Shown here: piece after piece, positions 11,146-25,705 of the stretch
Position numbering within the stretch: position 1 is the first letter of the stretch
How the letters are laid out: each line of letters opens with the position of its first letter
Assembly: GCF_006345805.1 (NCBI RefSeq)
Contig: NC_043000.1
Coordinates: 57,722,001-57,786,000, forward strand
Source: Octopus sinensis
Taxonomy: Eukaryota
Reading direction: 5' to 3'
DNA: 64,000 bases
The notes under the pieces: model-generated
The model's input: only the letters and a program-made list of their open reading frames with translations
What the model was told of the DNA's origin: nothing
Databases searched by the model: none
Translations under genes and position numbers: made by a program

Positions 11146-14100
11146 TTCAGAAGTAGTTAATACTGAAGAGCATTCTACCTTTGTAGTGCAGAAGAAAAAA
11201 AAAACTTATTCCTGATGAACCCAATATCTTTAGGAATTTGCATAAGTTTAAATGTGTGTGCGTGTGCATGTTTATCTGTAGAATGCGTAAATGTGTAAGG
11301 TAGAAGTTATTTCTGTCTTATGGTTCAGGGATCTATAAACAAAGAGAGACAAACATAAGAGATGATGATTGCAAGATCCAGGAAAAGAGACTGCAGAGGA
11401 AACAATCAGGCAATATTATCTGACTTATATTGGAAATGTTATGTTGCAAAATGTGCTTGAGAACTGAGAAATTCCATAGTCATTTACCCTTTGTAAGTAG
11501 TGGTAAATAAATATTATAGTAGCAGCAATAATTTGCAAAAGACAATGATCTGTTAAGTTTGCACTTGGAGAGAGAGAGAGAGAGAGGGAGAGATGCAATG
11601 TGTTGGTATATGTTGATGCATAGCATTAAGTGTGTATGTGTATCTATGTATCCATCTATCTAAATGATGTAGTATGTATGTATGGATGAGTATGTTAATG
11701 TACCACATATGTATCTGTATGTCTATGGGTATGTACTAGTTAAAACATCCTACATAATCAGCCTATCAGACTTTATGTTGGCATTTCCTGACAGGTAGTA
11801 ACAGGTTTCTTTTCTCTTGTGAATGGCACTAAAAATGGTATTTAGCTTTCGTGATGTGTATAGTGAATCTTACTTATTGTCTGGGAAATAACAATGATGG
11901 TGCTTTGTTTGCAAGATTTCCTTGCTCTCTCACTGGTAAATGTAATAATAAATAATTATTTTAGAATGTTTCTTCAAAATAAATAATTCAACTCATTGCC
12001 ATCTGTCTTCTGTTATTTCTGTGCATGTTGACAATAATGGGACAACAATATTGATTTGTCAAGACTACTATTTACTTTTTCCTAATGGACCACTGTAAGA
12101 TAGCTGTATTATTTCTCCAGATGTTCCAAGCTTTCAACTCTTTCAACATATTTTCTTTTCAGCTCTCTATTTGATTTAAACCCAGTGACCCTTATGCAGT
12201 ATCAGTCTTTAACCATATTTCAAGCTGTTTCACAAACGGTTGATGTTATTTCTAATATATTAACATGCAAAACAAAATTACTAGAAGGGAACAACCAAGA
12301 AACAAATATTTACAATCATCAAATATCTCTGATGATATATAAACCATAGATAATTATTTCTATAAACCAAAATGTTCTGTCATAAACCAGAAAAGATTCA
12401 TGAAGTACTTAAAAAGAAAAAAAGAGAGAAAGCAATGAATGTTTTTACATCTTTTCTCTTTTATTTTATAGTCTAACTCAATAGGAAGCCTATAATAAAA
12501 CATCTCTATTTAGATGTTTATTGTGGAATGAACTGGTAATATACATTTATAAAGTTCAATTTATTCTTTATATTTCTAGAACACAGATTTAGTTAAAGTT
12601 TCATATGTTTTTTCAGCAATTGAAAATGAATTAAGTCAAGGTTTGTATTTATTTTTGAGGTGTATTATCAGTGATAAAAATAATGTTCCTTTGATGAAGT
12701 TTTAGAATTTCTTATTATATGTATTATGAAGAGTACATAATTTTCATTAGAACTATATACCACAATCTGGATGTTTCTACAGACACATTTTAAATGAGAG
12801 AAGGTTTTCATAGAAACATTTCAGTTGGAATAATGATGAGACTGGAAGAAATCAATAGTTTACATATGTTAGATCTTTGGTATTTGTTAATAGCAATTAT
12901 ATTGATCAATGTATTTAAAGTAAATTCTTTATGATGGGAATAATATTATGTTGAATAGGTTTTTATTTTAACATTTCTCCAGTGAACACAATTAAAATGA
13001 CCTCTTTGGAACAATTGGCTGACCTAGTCTCATCTTTTTATTACATATGATGCTGCACTGTGTGGCAAATAGAATTCAACACCACCTTATTGACACTGCT
13101 ATAAAAATGGCTGAGTCTTTATAATAGTGTCAATATATAGAGTAAAGTCTGTCGTAGAAGGCAGTAGAGCATGAGACAGACATTGTAGGAAGCACTGCCT
13201 CAGGGAGTATCAACAAACTGATTTTGTTCTCAACTCCAATTCACTGGATCATTAAGCTCTGCATGCCATTATGTTTATTATTCATATCAGCTAAATATCA
13301 CTTTCAGCTCTTTTCCACTATGTCTCTTGAAAATTACACTTTGTGATCTACTTGCTGCCTCAAAAGTTCATCAGGAAATTATAAATCAATCTAATTAGCT
13401 ATATGTCATGATGATTAATTATTCATCAAATCACAAATGATTGCCAAGTTGAGTAACTTAAAAATAATAATTATTATTTTATTATTTAACAAAATGTTAA
13501 AAATGTTACTTCAAAACAATTTTGCCACACCATATACACATAAACCCTGCAAAACAACTAAGAAACCAGAAACTATTTAACCTTTTCATGACTATATTTC
13601 TAATAGGTTATTATTGCTTAGTCTCAGATCAGTTCTGATGAAGCAGATTTATGATATATATATATCAGGCCTAGACAGATTTTTATAACATGCCTTATGT
13701 CTCCAAGCAATCTTTGGGCTCTGAACATATGGTCTATTCAATTTTCAAATCAGGATGCTGGTACAAGAGAAATCAGGAGAAAAAATGTAGATGGAAGGGT
13801 GAATAAAAACAGAAAAAGAAAAGAAAATTAGATTTATGTTCTCTTTGACCATGAAGCCATAATTAACCTTAATTGTAGAATTATTCACTGAGGAGGGGTC
13901 CAAGACAGCTGCTTAATCCAAAGAGGATAGTGTCCTCCAGTTCGTTAAAAGAAATTTGTTCATATGTTAGCATTTTCTTCTGGCAAATTGGAGAACACCA
14001 CCCTCTCCAATTGGACAGCTATCTCACAGACTTTGGATCCCTCTGCATTGAATTATCCTGCAACAACTAGGTTAATTATGGCATAATGGTCAAAGGAGAT

Positions 14101-15554
14101 ACGTCTAATTTTCTTTTTTTTCTATTTGTAACATCATATGTTGGAATTTCATATTATCATTCATGTTTGTAATGAAATTTTAGTTTAAATATGAACATTT
14201 TAACATAGACATTTTTATACATGTTGCTCTTGAAGTGAGTTAAATTTGGAAAGGACACAGTTTTTTCTTATCTGACCCAAATAAACACAGTCATTAAAAT
14301 TATTGTCAACATAAATTCTCTTGACCAAAGGTCTATGCTATGTAGCAGAGACGCTTAAATAAATTTATATTGCAGCTATCCAACATTGATAAAGTCAACC
14401 TTCTTAACCCTTCAGCAGTTTATCCTTGAAAAATCTGTGGGTATGCAAAGAAAGACTTGATAACAAGTAGAATACGGGATCAAACTAACACTTGGGATCA
14501 GACACAACTAAAATTTGTATGATAGGTTGTAATGATTGTCCAAAACCAGGTTGAAACATAGTATGCCCAGAACTGAAGCTATGGATTCTTTTATAAATCT
14601 GACTACTGATCCCTGATACATAGTATTATTTGTAAATAGTATTAATTGTGGTCAACAGTAATGGCTGTTCTAAACCCATGTAGCTGACACTTAATCTCAA
14701 TAAAAGAATTCTTTATTCTTTTAACATTGCTCATCAGTTCTCTTCATTAGGATTCTGAGCATTTTCTCCACATTTAACAGCTTACAAGAGTCTCCTGTGA
14801 AACAACCTTCTTTAAAACTTTGAGAATCCTTAAAATGCTAGAAATCCAGATTTAAATAAACCAGTCTATATAGTGCTTTAGTTTATTATATTTTCTTTGA
14901 TTAATAAATTGTACATTACCATCACACTGACACACACACAAAGATATAACTATTCTATAAGTTATATAAAACCATAAGTTAAGTTAAAGAAAAAGTAATT
15001 TCTTACTTTTGTAACTTCATCTTAAACTGTTTATCTAAGATTAATTTCTTTATTCAAACAGTTGTATCTGTTTCACCATATTAATCTGTAATATCTACAC
15101 CAAAATATGATTCATGGATCTTAGAATTAATAAATTCCTTTTATATAACACTCTAATCTATCAACAATAAACCTCTGTATATTTTCCATTTACTTCACAT
15201 AACTCATTTTGATTGTAACACCTTTGCCATCTTTGATTTCATAATGCTAGAGAAGTCCAGCAGATAATTCTTTTCCTTTATTTAGTTATAGTAAATTTAG
15301 TGGGTTTGTTAATAAATCAGATTCAGATTCTAAGGTTTGAATAAGTAAAAATAATGTAAAGAGCTTATTGAGACTGGAAGGAAGTTGTGGAATGAAGGAG
15401 CAGTTTCCTGAAGAATAAAAGACAGTGTTACCATGAAAAATCTAATGATGAATGAATCACAAGGATTGTTTCAGATTTACAACACTACAAACTCTTAGGA
15501 TTACTAAGAGCATACTTGAATTATCAGTTGAATGAAGAAGGTATAAGTAAATGG

Positions 15555-15765
15555 TAAACTGGCAGGATTATTACTGTGCAGGACAGAATGCTTAGCAGCA
15601 TCCCTTCTGGTATTACGTTCTGAGTTCAAATGCCACCAAGTTTGACTTTGCGTTTCATCCTTTTGGGGTCTATGAAATAAGTACCAGTCAAGTGGGGTGG
15701 AGGCAATTTAAGCAACTATTCCCCTCCCCCAAAATTTCAGGCCTTTGTGTCTCTTGTAGAAAAGA
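15555..15765 (+). mobile_element. Nin-type SINE
   Basis: TTCTGAGTTCAAAT B-box-like motif and GACTTTGCGTTTCATCCTTTTGGGGTC core. Confidence 0.7.
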
Positions 15766-15944
15766 TTATTAAATGGCCAGCAGGACCATTAGCAAGTGCC
15801 TACATACAAACACAGACACACAAATATAAAATGCATGGATCTCTTACTCTTAATTGCTTCAGTCATTAGATTGTGGCCATGCTGCCATGGGGCATCGACT
15901 TGAAGGTTTTAGTCAAACAAATCAACCCCAGTGAGTCTATAACT

Positions 15945-16384
15945 TGATTGATCAACTCAACTACAAAGTCATTGAATTACACTGTTAAGTGGCTGAGTAT
16001 TTCACAGCCACATGTACTTTCAGGTAAATTCAGTATGACATATTGTGCCACATGACTTGTTCTTTGAGATACAAATACAGTCCATCCAATGGATTTCCTT
16101 AGAGTTCTGTTTTGCTTTCAAGACATAGACTGACTTGAGGCTTAGGTAAAAGAAACTTGTCTAAGATGTTATGCAGTAAGATCAAACCCAGTATCTCATA
16201 ACTACAAAGTAAATTTTTTCACCAAGCAACCATATCTGTAACCCTTACTACCTGTAATTCAAAGGTGCCAACTTTGCCACACACACGCTGGGTCATGGTG
16301 TTTCTGTCTAAAGATTACATTTAGGGTACAAGTCTCTGTGAAACACTCACCCTATGGATACAAGTGGGTGAATTGATCAATCAA
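15945..16384. mobile_element. Old fold-back MITE interrupted by a minus-strand SINE fragment (about 16085-16240)
   Basis: Terminal TTGATTGATCAACTCA / TGAATTGATCAATCAA; inner GGCTGAGTATTTCACAG / CTGTGAAACACTCACC and TTTGAGATACAAATA / TACCTGTAATTCAAA inverted matches. Confidence 0.5.
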
Positions 16385-17156
16385 CAGAAATACACATTGT
16401 CAAAAGTGACAGAGATCCATTCACATATGCTCTCTCTCTCACATACACATACAGAGTATAGGTGCACGTGTGATGATTACATATGGCCAATCACACTACC
16501 TGTATAACACTGCGGAAACTGTATCCTAAAGATTTTCCCCTTACCCTCACCTTTTAGGGCTAGAATTGTAGACATTCTATAAAGTCCATGTATGACTCTC
16601 ATATAACCAAGCATATTCTGATGCTGTCACTTCAGTCTTAATGGTTGAGTATCTCAATGCAACAGATTCACATTTCCTTCAGAAGATGCGTTCTTTGTCT
16701 TCTAAAGAAAATCTTGTGAGTGTGTCACACAGAGATGCTCAGCCACCAAATTTCATGCTCATTGATACACTCTTTACTGTTATGAGTAATACTGCATCAG
16801 TATTGCACTTGTATATAAACCATTCCTAGATTATTTGAAACAGCTGAAAAGTTAAGACTTGCTTACATAATGTAAATTCTATATGCAACTTTTCATAAAA
16901 ATATATCCCTTACACCTATTACTGTTTGTCTGTAATTCTTCTTCAATATATGCTTGAGTTTAACTGTTTTAGCTGACTTTTCTACTTCTGGATTGCCTCA
17001 CCCTGAAGAAGGAGTCGCAGTTTTAGGGTCTGGTCTCTCTTAGTGCTATTTGCTGACCATCCCATGCTTGTACATGCCCATTATCACCAATGAAATACAT
17101 ACACACACACATAAATATACATACATATATATATTAAAAATAGGAAGGGTGGTTTA

Positions 17157-17219
17157 TGGGATTACCTTAGGTTTCGCATCCATAAAGGGTTCAGCTTTAT
17201 GGTGTATCATCAGATCCCA
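17157..17219 (-). ncRNA. Type-I hammerhead ribozyme motif, canonical core, GUA site
   Basis: Minus strand reads TGGGAT CTGATGA TACA CCATAAAG ctgaacc CTTTATGG ATGC GAAA CC taa GG TA ATCCCA: perfect 6-bp stem I, 8-bp stem II helix, short stem III. Confidence 0.8.
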
Positions 17220-17490
17220 AAACCTGATGGCCCATGACCTCTTCAAAATATAGAGGGAAAATGCCTCACTACTCAAAGGTAAACAATTGGGGATTATCTC
17301 CCTTTGCTATTGACTTCCGGCTGAGCAACCATCTTGTGGGCTCCAAAAAGCTATATGGAGCCCACAAGATGGTGACACAGCCTGAAGTCAATAGCCAATA
17401 GCAAAGGGAGATAATCCCCAATTATTTACCTTCGAGTAGTGAGGCATTTCCCTGCTCCATATTTTGAAGAGGTTATGGGCTAACAGGTTT

Positions 17491-17553
17491 TGGGATCTGA
17501 CGATATGCCATAAAGCTAAACCCTTTATGGACGGGAAACCTAAGGTAAGCCCA
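17491..17553 (+). ncRNA. Type-I hammerhead ribozyme motif (mirror copy)
   Basis: TGGGAT CTGACGA TATG CCATAAAG ctaaacc CTTTATGG ACGG GAAA CC taa GG TA AGCCCA; one stem I mismatch and an imperfect stem II base. Confidence 0.72.
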
Positions 17554-17653
17554 TTAAGCGGCCTTCCCCATTTTTAATATATACTGCTCTACATCTTACA
17601 GTGTGCTGCTTCTTTTAGATTTATGTTTTCTACAAATGATATGTATATATATA

Positions 17654-17698
<45 letters not shown>

Positions 17699-17743
17699 CA
17701 AATATATATCTACCTATCTATATAAATATACATACATATATAT

Positions 17744-17794
<51 letters not shown>

Positions 17795-18149
17795 CATACA
17801 TGATCACATACACATATATATATACATATTTATACATACATGATCACATACAAATATGTAAATATATGCATTCTTATTTACAAATCTTAGCATTTCTTTC
17901 TGTTCTTGTAGGAAAATGATACTTTCTCACTGAAGATGCCATTATTTTATATAGTTAGATGCAATTCAAAAACACTTCAAATGGAGGAGAGAGATAGGGA
18001 AAGAGAGTGAGAGAGAAAAAAGAGAAAGAGAGAGAGGGAGGAAATATGAGATTGAGATAATTAAAGACACAGTGATGTCACAATTTTTGCTATGGTTTAA
18101 TATTTTTTCTTCTCCTTTACCTCTTCACATTTCAATCTGTGTACCACTT

Positions 18150-18445
18150 TCATTGTCTTACTTTGGCATGTTTAACTCTTCTCAAATACTCCTTCACTTC
18201 ATTTGTCTCTCCACTATGTATGCAGAGCTATCAAGTGTGGAAATTGCTTCAGTTACACCAATTCTAAAAGAGAAGAGGACCTGACAATATGCCTTCCATT
18301 ATCCCACCCCCAGAGTAAGCTTGAGATTTTATCCTTACCAAACCTGAAGTATTCTCTCACTTCAGAGTCTATGGAAACATGCTATGGATTGTTTTATTTT
18401 CAAGCAGAGCAACCTTTTTGGCTCTACCAGCTATGGCTTTATTGC
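18150..18445 (+). mobile_element. Highly decayed CR1/Jockey-type reverse transcriptase fragment
   Basis: Frameshifted remnants ICLST...EIASVTPILK (cf. WKxAxVxPIxKKG) and SNLFG...YGF (cf. NLLSDxQYGFR). Confidence 0.45.
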
Positions 18446-21326
18446 TCTTTCTTTTTAACATCTCAAAAGTGATAGAGTTGGTAGTAAGCAAGCATCTTCA
18501 TCATCCCCCTGAATCGTTTCCCCTCCCCAGAGACCAATGAAATAGTTTTTGCAGAGCTGAATCTATTAATGACTTGCTCTCTTATATCATGTACCAGTGG
18601 TCGCTTGTCCTTTGGAAGAAGTAATGTTTTTGCCTTCAATGACAACAATATTATTGATGAAATCTGGTTTGAGAACTTGTTAGCTAAGTTTCATGTTCAT
18701 GAGCAACAGCTGTTCTCATATCTAGAATTTTTATGTATGTTCAATGAAGGCAATCTTTCTAATCCAACTCTTATTTTTCAGGGCATTAGATTTCTTGTAG
18801 TTTTTTTCTAACAACATACATTCATAAGCACATGATAGTGCCAGCCTGAAATCCCCTCTAACAGTCTGTATGCAAAACTGAAGTTTTGTACTGCATCCAA
18901 GAACATGGGGACATGGAAACCTAATCTCTTTTAACAGTGCAAAGTCACAATCACAACACACATCTGAGAAACAGTCTCACACTATACTCTGCTAATCAAT
19001 GAACAATGCTACTAAATGCATAAAAGTTATTACAAATGCCAGTCCTCAAAAATCTCTAAGGTGGCACTCACAATGATTTTGAATACCAAAGTGCTTCCCA
19101 AAGACGGGGGCTAGAAAATAATTTAACCCTCAGCACTTGGTAGCCTTTTACAAAATTGAAACAGGATCTGTATTGGCATATTTCTCTCTCTCTTTCTATG
19201 CATGTGTTTGTTACATAAATATCAGATGGTATTAAAAAGTTACTTGGATTACTGATAAAAGACCTCTGGTCAACAAACTTCAGCTTCTGCCTCATAGACA
19301 GGCAGTTCCTCCTCTTTGTCTCTTCTGCCACAATTACACTGGTGGTTGATTCCTTAGTCCCCTGGACTAGTTATCTGCATACTCCCCTCATCCACTTCTA
19401 TTAAAAGAAAACTACTGTATCTCCTGCTTTTATCACTTCTACTGAAATTCATCTACCTCCATACTGAAACAAAATTTTCCCCATTAATTGCTCCCTATAG
19501 TTGCAGCAGCCCATAAGTCTTGCATACATCAACAAACAGCTCTTCAAACTGAGCTTAACTATATTAAATGTGGAAAGGCTTGCAAAGGTCATGAGCACTA
19601 CCCTCTTCCTTGCCTCACTAATAAAACACTACACAGCACACAAACACACGCACGTATAATGGGTGATAAGTAAATCACTTGTTTATAATTTCATGGTTCT
19701 AAGTGTTTGTGGTGAAAAATGAAGGAAGCTAATTTTTATTATGACATTTTCAGTTGATCTTCCATTGGGCTTGAATATTTCCTTCCTGCTGTTTGGTTTT
19801 CTTATCTAGAATCAGAACCTACTTCATCTCTTCACCACTTTTCTCATTCAATATAAACCTTAGATCAAATTACTTGTCAAGTATTTTTTGTTTTTATTTC
19901 TTATTTTTATATTTACACTAGTGTCTCTTTTTATTAAAATTTTCTAGCTGGAGTTTCAGCTCTACTACTATCACTAACACTACTACCAGATTCTTATCTA
20001 CTGTTTTCATTTTGTTTTCTTTTGTTAAAACCAGCCTTAGTTGTACTTTTAGTATAAGTCTTCTATCAGCTATTTAGTAACCTAACATTAATGCCACATA
20101 TTCCTGGTGGTGAAAAATAAATATTCATTTCATACACATAGGAGGAAATACCCTATCTGTGAGATGTTCTTTTTACTTCTTTTCTATCACTGTTTTGCAG
20201 AAGATTTTCATTGTATTCCAATATGTTTAAGTTCACCCATTTATTTTTTCTTTACACTGCTTATGCCTATTTGATATATTCATGTTTTCACACTAATCTA
20301 ATGAAAACATTATAATTAATTCTCCTTCAGAAATAAAACACTGATCTTATAGATCCCTATAGTTTCTGAAAGGATTAGATTCCCTTAATAACTTACTCAC
20401 TAAAAGCATTCCCACAGTCATTCTTTGTCTGGCATAAACCTAAACTCTATACTCTACATTTTAATTGTAGGTTCCCTCAATCATCACTTAGTCTGTTACT
20501 GTTAATCATCTGTAGTCACGTATGTATAATTGGAAAATATTAGTCTTAACCATTGATGTGGATACTGAGCTTCTTCAAAGCTAGCACATTATTTCAAGTT
20601 GACTTGAGGCTTTTAGCATACCTGTAACTTTTAGCTATGAGCCCTGCAGTTTTCTCTGTTTACATTTTCTTAATTTCTTTGTTCAATAATGTTCCATCAA
20701 GTATAATGGATTATACTTCTTGGTCAGAATTTTTTTTTTTTTTTTTATCAAACTTTCATTTTCTGTTAAGTACTTGCTTTCATGTCATACTGCCTTGCAG
20801 CTTATTATTGAATGTTCTAGTACTTTACCCCTCAATGATTTAAATAGAGGGTGGGAAGACTTCTTGTTTCTCTCTCATTCCTTCACTGTCAAACAATTGA
20901 AAATCTTTTCGTTATTAAATCAATTTAGTTGTTAGTACTGAGTCTAGTTTCTGAAAAAGATTGCCTACTCTCTCTATTATTTGAAGCTTCAAGCTTCACA
21001 CATTTGTTTTTTTAAACTATTATCTTATCTTTAGAGTCTCCAATATTATATCATGCTGTCTGGGTGTATCCTTGCAGCAACTACAATCAGATAGCTGCTT
21101 AAAGTAGATTTGTAGCACTATCTCTGTGTAAAGTTCTTTGAATCTTGAAATTAATTGTAAAATTTGGGCTGTTTTCTTCTTTCTGAGATTTTTTTAATTA
21201 CTGCAGAAAAAGCTCTCATTGAAAGTTCTCATTGAAAGTTCTCATTATATCTTCTCTAACTGATGTCCTGAAGTGTTTGTTCCTTTCATATTTTCTTTTT
21301 GTGTACATTGCCTTCTTAATATATAT

Positions 21327-21714
21327 ATACTTGTTTCAGTCATTAGACTGTGGCCATGCTGGGGTGTGACCTTTAATTTTTAGTTGAATGAATCAACCTC
21401 AGTACTTATTTTTTAAATCTGGTACTTATTCTATCGGTCTCTTTAGCTGAACTGCTAAGTTACAGGGATGTAAACACACCAACGCCAATTGTCAAGCGGT
21501 GATGAGGGGACAAACACAGAACAAAGACACATACACACACACACATATACACGATGGGCTTCTTTCAGTTTCCATCTACGGAATCTACTCGCAATGTTTT
21601 GGTTGGCCAGAGGCTATAGTAGAAGACACTTGCCCAAGGTGCTACGCAATGGGACTGAACCCAGAACCATGTGGTTGGGAAGCAAGCTTCTTACTACATA
21701 CCCACTCCTGTGCC
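21327..21714 (-). mobile_element. tRNA-derived CORE-like SINE, near full length
   Basis: Reverse complement of 39947-40348, with ACCTTGGGCAAGTGTCTT core and internal GT microsatellite. An extra tail fragment lies at about 21730-21860. Confidence 0.85.
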
Positions 21715-23423
21715 TATATATATATACAATCTTTTACTTGTTTCAATCATTGAACAGTGGCTGTGCTGGGGTACTGCCTTGAAGGGTTCAGTTGAAAAAA
21801 CTGACCCCAACACTAATTTTTTTAGAAAACCCAGTACTTATTTTGTTAATTTCTTTTGTTCCATAAAAAGCTGTAGATAAAATACCAATAATCTGTGGAG
21901 AAAAGTACATTCCTCAGATGGGTTGGTGTTCTTTTCTTGATCTCTCTTCTACTTTCTGGAGAAAAGAATATCAACTTGACTTTCAATCCAATAAAAATTA
22001 TAAGAATTTTGAAGTCACTAGTAATGTTTGAAGTGACAAAAGTCAATTGAAGGAAAAAGAAAAAGTGTGAGGCATCAACCTTGGTATGCTATAGAAGAAC
22101 AGATATCGACTGTGCCTGAACAGGCTTTTCACCTCAAGCCCCTGCTCCATTGTCTTTAATGGTTTTTCTTTTCAGTGAATGCAAACAAAATTATTCTAAC
22201 TTTTCACTCATGTGTGATGAATAGATATATACATGGAGCAACTTTACATTAATGAGTGGAATGTGCAATTCCTTACAAGTCAGACTGCCTCATGGTCCCT
22301 ACTCTTGTGTGACCAGTTTAGTAACCGGTTTGCAGAAAACACAGACACCTGTCAATAAAGCTAGATATTTTTTTGTCTTTAAAGTAAAGAAAATATGTTT
22401 TGTTTTAATTTTAACTGCTCATATCACTGAACTGAAATCAGTTGAATAATATATTTTCTGAAGTTAATAAGGCCATTTCATAAGACAAATACTAGAATGG
22501 GAAGACAGGTCTACATCAGTAAAATTTAGAGAGGAAATAAAAATGAAACAGCAGTATGTTGATGTGTTGTGAGATGAAATGGAGACTAATGCTTCTTAAT
22601 GAAGGGTCCCCTTGATGGAAACAGGAAAGACTCCTCAAAACATTAGTGTTTACTTCTCAAACTGCACTTACATTTAACTTATAGACATTGTCAGCAGTGT
22701 TGCCTCTGTTTGTCACCTACTAGAAGAAGGATCCAAATCTCCCACATGTATCCAACTAGCTAAAATAAAAAAAAAGACACATGGGATTGGATAATGTAGT
22801 TCTAGACACACTATGTGTAAAGAAGAATGTTATAATTCACTTGAAGCATTGTAGTACAGAAATAGAATAATTAATGAAATGAGAAATAAAGAAAGCTTCT
22901 AACAATGCAGAAAGTTAAAAAAAAAACCTTTATATTTTGGCTGCAAAGGCCAAAGAAAGGTAGTGTCAAAGAAATGAGTATTTACATAGATACTATCCAA
23001 AATTGCAGGATCTATGAAAATATACATTTCTTTGACTGTACTATGTCTAATCTTTAATAGGGTACTTAATGCTGCTTGAACTCATCAGTCACTCTCAGAT
23101 ACTCTTTTGAACACAGGAGTGATGTCATGGTCATCATACATATGGATGGTCAAAATGATGTGCAAAGTAAGGATATGAAGATTGTCAGAGCCAAAATACT
23201 TTCGGTTGTAGGTTTGCTCAATTAAAGATAATCTATATTAAAAAAGACCAATAACAACAACACCTACATGCTCTTTTTATCTTTTTTCATTATGTTCCAT
23301 CACACACCATATATGCCATAGTTGCATATCAGCTATGAACACACTAATGTGATCATGATCATCATCATACAAGCATAATTGATTGAAGTTTCCCGGTCTT
23401 AATAAGAATGAATTTCTCTCTCC

Positions 23424-23676
<253 letters not shown>

Positions 23677-24794
23677 ATATGTAAAGGTAAGATCTAAGGA
23701 TCAAGTTGTATGGAGTTAGTAAGCTTTGAGCAATCTATAGAAGGTATAAAAAACAACTTTCAGAAACAATAGTGGTTTATTGACATAGAAGGTTGTAAAT
23801 TTTTCCCATATTGAAGTTTGATAAGCTGAAAAAAAGTTATTTTATAGTTCATGGTTAGCAGCTGGGGTTTCTGTGTATGTAAATAGAAATCCAAGTTTTA
23901 GGGTATGGAATAGATAAAATCCAGGGCACATATGTTTCATAGTTAGCAGAACTTCAGAAGTGGTAATTACCCAAATGAAGGGTAATTCACTAGCTACTCT
24001 TCAGTAGATACCTCAGTCAAATGAAGGTTATATTTTCATCAAGGGATCCCATGTTAACTCGTATGAGATTTGATTGAAAATGTGTGGAAAGCACAGTAAG
24101 AGAACGAAAGGGAAACCATATTTGTGAAGAAATAATATGTAAGAATGGGTAAATGTTAAAATTTGTTAAGGAAAAGAATATAGGTACAAATAAAGAAAAA
24201 GAGAGAGGGGAATATAGGGGGAATATTTATATATGAGATTTATCCCTTCTGATAAGAGGATGGGGAGCAATACAAGTATACCCTAAATTGACATATATAT
24301 TTGTTAACACTAACTTAGTACACATCTATGTACCCATAATGTACATTACTGCATCTATTTGTCACCAAATCTCTGAAACAGCTGTAAAGGACTAACATGA
24401 ATTTTCTTTTGTATTGTATTTTTGTTTATGAACTCTCTAGATGTTCACATACCAATGAAGGACTACCAAGGACTGTCTTTATGCTCTGCTTCCAGCTTAA
24501 TTATGTTTATAAGCATAATTTGTGCAACTTATTTATAAATGCTTGGATGTCACAGACAACTACCTGTCCATCTTTTATTTTACCTTTATCCCCCCCCCCC
24601 CCCCATACACATTTGCCGAAGCCTATGGTTCACAGCACTGCCACTTCAACTCGCTTCTATGCATTCGTTCAAGTAAAAAGGTTGAATGAACCAACATCTG
24701 AATGAACTTACAAAAGCATGAAACACAGAGTAACTATGGAGTGAATAATTTTCTATCCCTGTTTGTTGGAAAAAAGAGTAGTAGTATGAAAATA

Positions 24795-24960
24795 TTTAGC
24801 AATATTTCTTTTGATTTTATGTTCTGAGTTCCAATACTGCTGGTATTGGCCTTGCCCTTCATCCTTTCAGGTTTGATAAAATAAGTACGAGTTGAGCACT
24901 GGCATCAATATAATTGACTGCTGGCCCCAAAACTGCTGGCCTTGAGCCAAAATTTAAAAT
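24795..24960 (+). mobile_element. Nin-type SINE, degenerate
   Basis: TTCTGAGTTCC..., CCTTCATCCTTTCAGGTTTGATAAAATAAGTAC core, 3' GGCCTTGAGCCAAAATTT. Confidence 0.65.
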
Positions 24961-25564
24961 TATTATTATCATTATTATAAATATATCTCCTGTTTGAAAT
25001 ATATATTTATGTGGCTTTTTAGAAGTAAGTGTTGATCTACAAAGGTATATGTACTAGTATTAGTTGTGGTAATAGTGATGGTAACAGTAATTGTGTTGGA
25101 AATAGTGGTGACAGCTTTAATAATAGTGGCAACGGTAGAAGTGACCACAGTAACGGTACTAGTATTGGTGGCTACAGTAGAAGCTCTAGTCATAGCATCA
25201 GTGGAAGCAATAGCAATAGTCATAGTAGTAGTAGTGGTGATGTTAGTGGTATAGGTGACAAAAAGAGGTTTCAATCAATGCAATAATGAATAATAAGCCT
25301 GTTGTCTTCAAGTGTACCCACTTTAAACTATATTTCTGCTTAATGGGACTCAAGTAGTTGAATACAGTGAGGAATAATACACTTTGTCCCTCAGAAACCA
25401 GCTAATATTGACCCTGATTATTTGTATTAAATTTCTCAGTAAACATGATATATATTCTTATTTCAAAAATAAATAAAAACCTAAGACCTAATTAATAATA
25501 TTAATGTCATTATAAATACGTGTGCACATGAAAACGTCTATTTCTCACTTCTCTCTTTATATAT

Positions 25565-25705
25565 GTGCAGGAGTGGCTGTGTGGTATGTAGCTTGCTTAC
25601 CAACCACATAGTTCCGGGTTCAGTCCCACTGCGTGGCACCTTGGGCAAGTGTCTTCTACTATAGCCTCGGGCTGACCAAAGCCTTGTGAGTGGATTTGGT
25701 AGACA
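25565..25705 (+). mobile_element. CORE-like SINE, 5' portion
   Basis: GCAGGAGTGGCTGTGTGG A-box-like, GGTTCAGTCCC B-box-like, ACCTTGGGCAAGTG core. Confidence 0.85.

Larger units (their letters stand above)
17128..17640. mobile_element. Long fold-back element (~215-225-bp arms) with tail; hammerhead motif in each arm (Penelope pLTR-like)
   Basis: Arms 17128-17345 and 17356-17583 around CTTGTGGGCTCCA-aaaagctata-TGGAGCCCACAAG; tail to about 17640 followed by (TA)n. Confidence 0.85.

Noticed and set aside
11163-11200. CTGAAGA followed by a hairpin; other lone CTGANGA hits at about 3105, 6193, 17003 and 46397
   Set aside because: No correctly placed GAAA..UH and stem I; expected by chance.
24975-25286. 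Thr-rich or Ser/Asn-rich ORFs (similar region at 6090-6490)
   Set aside because: Degenerate (AGT/GGT)n low-complexity DNA that is open in several frames.
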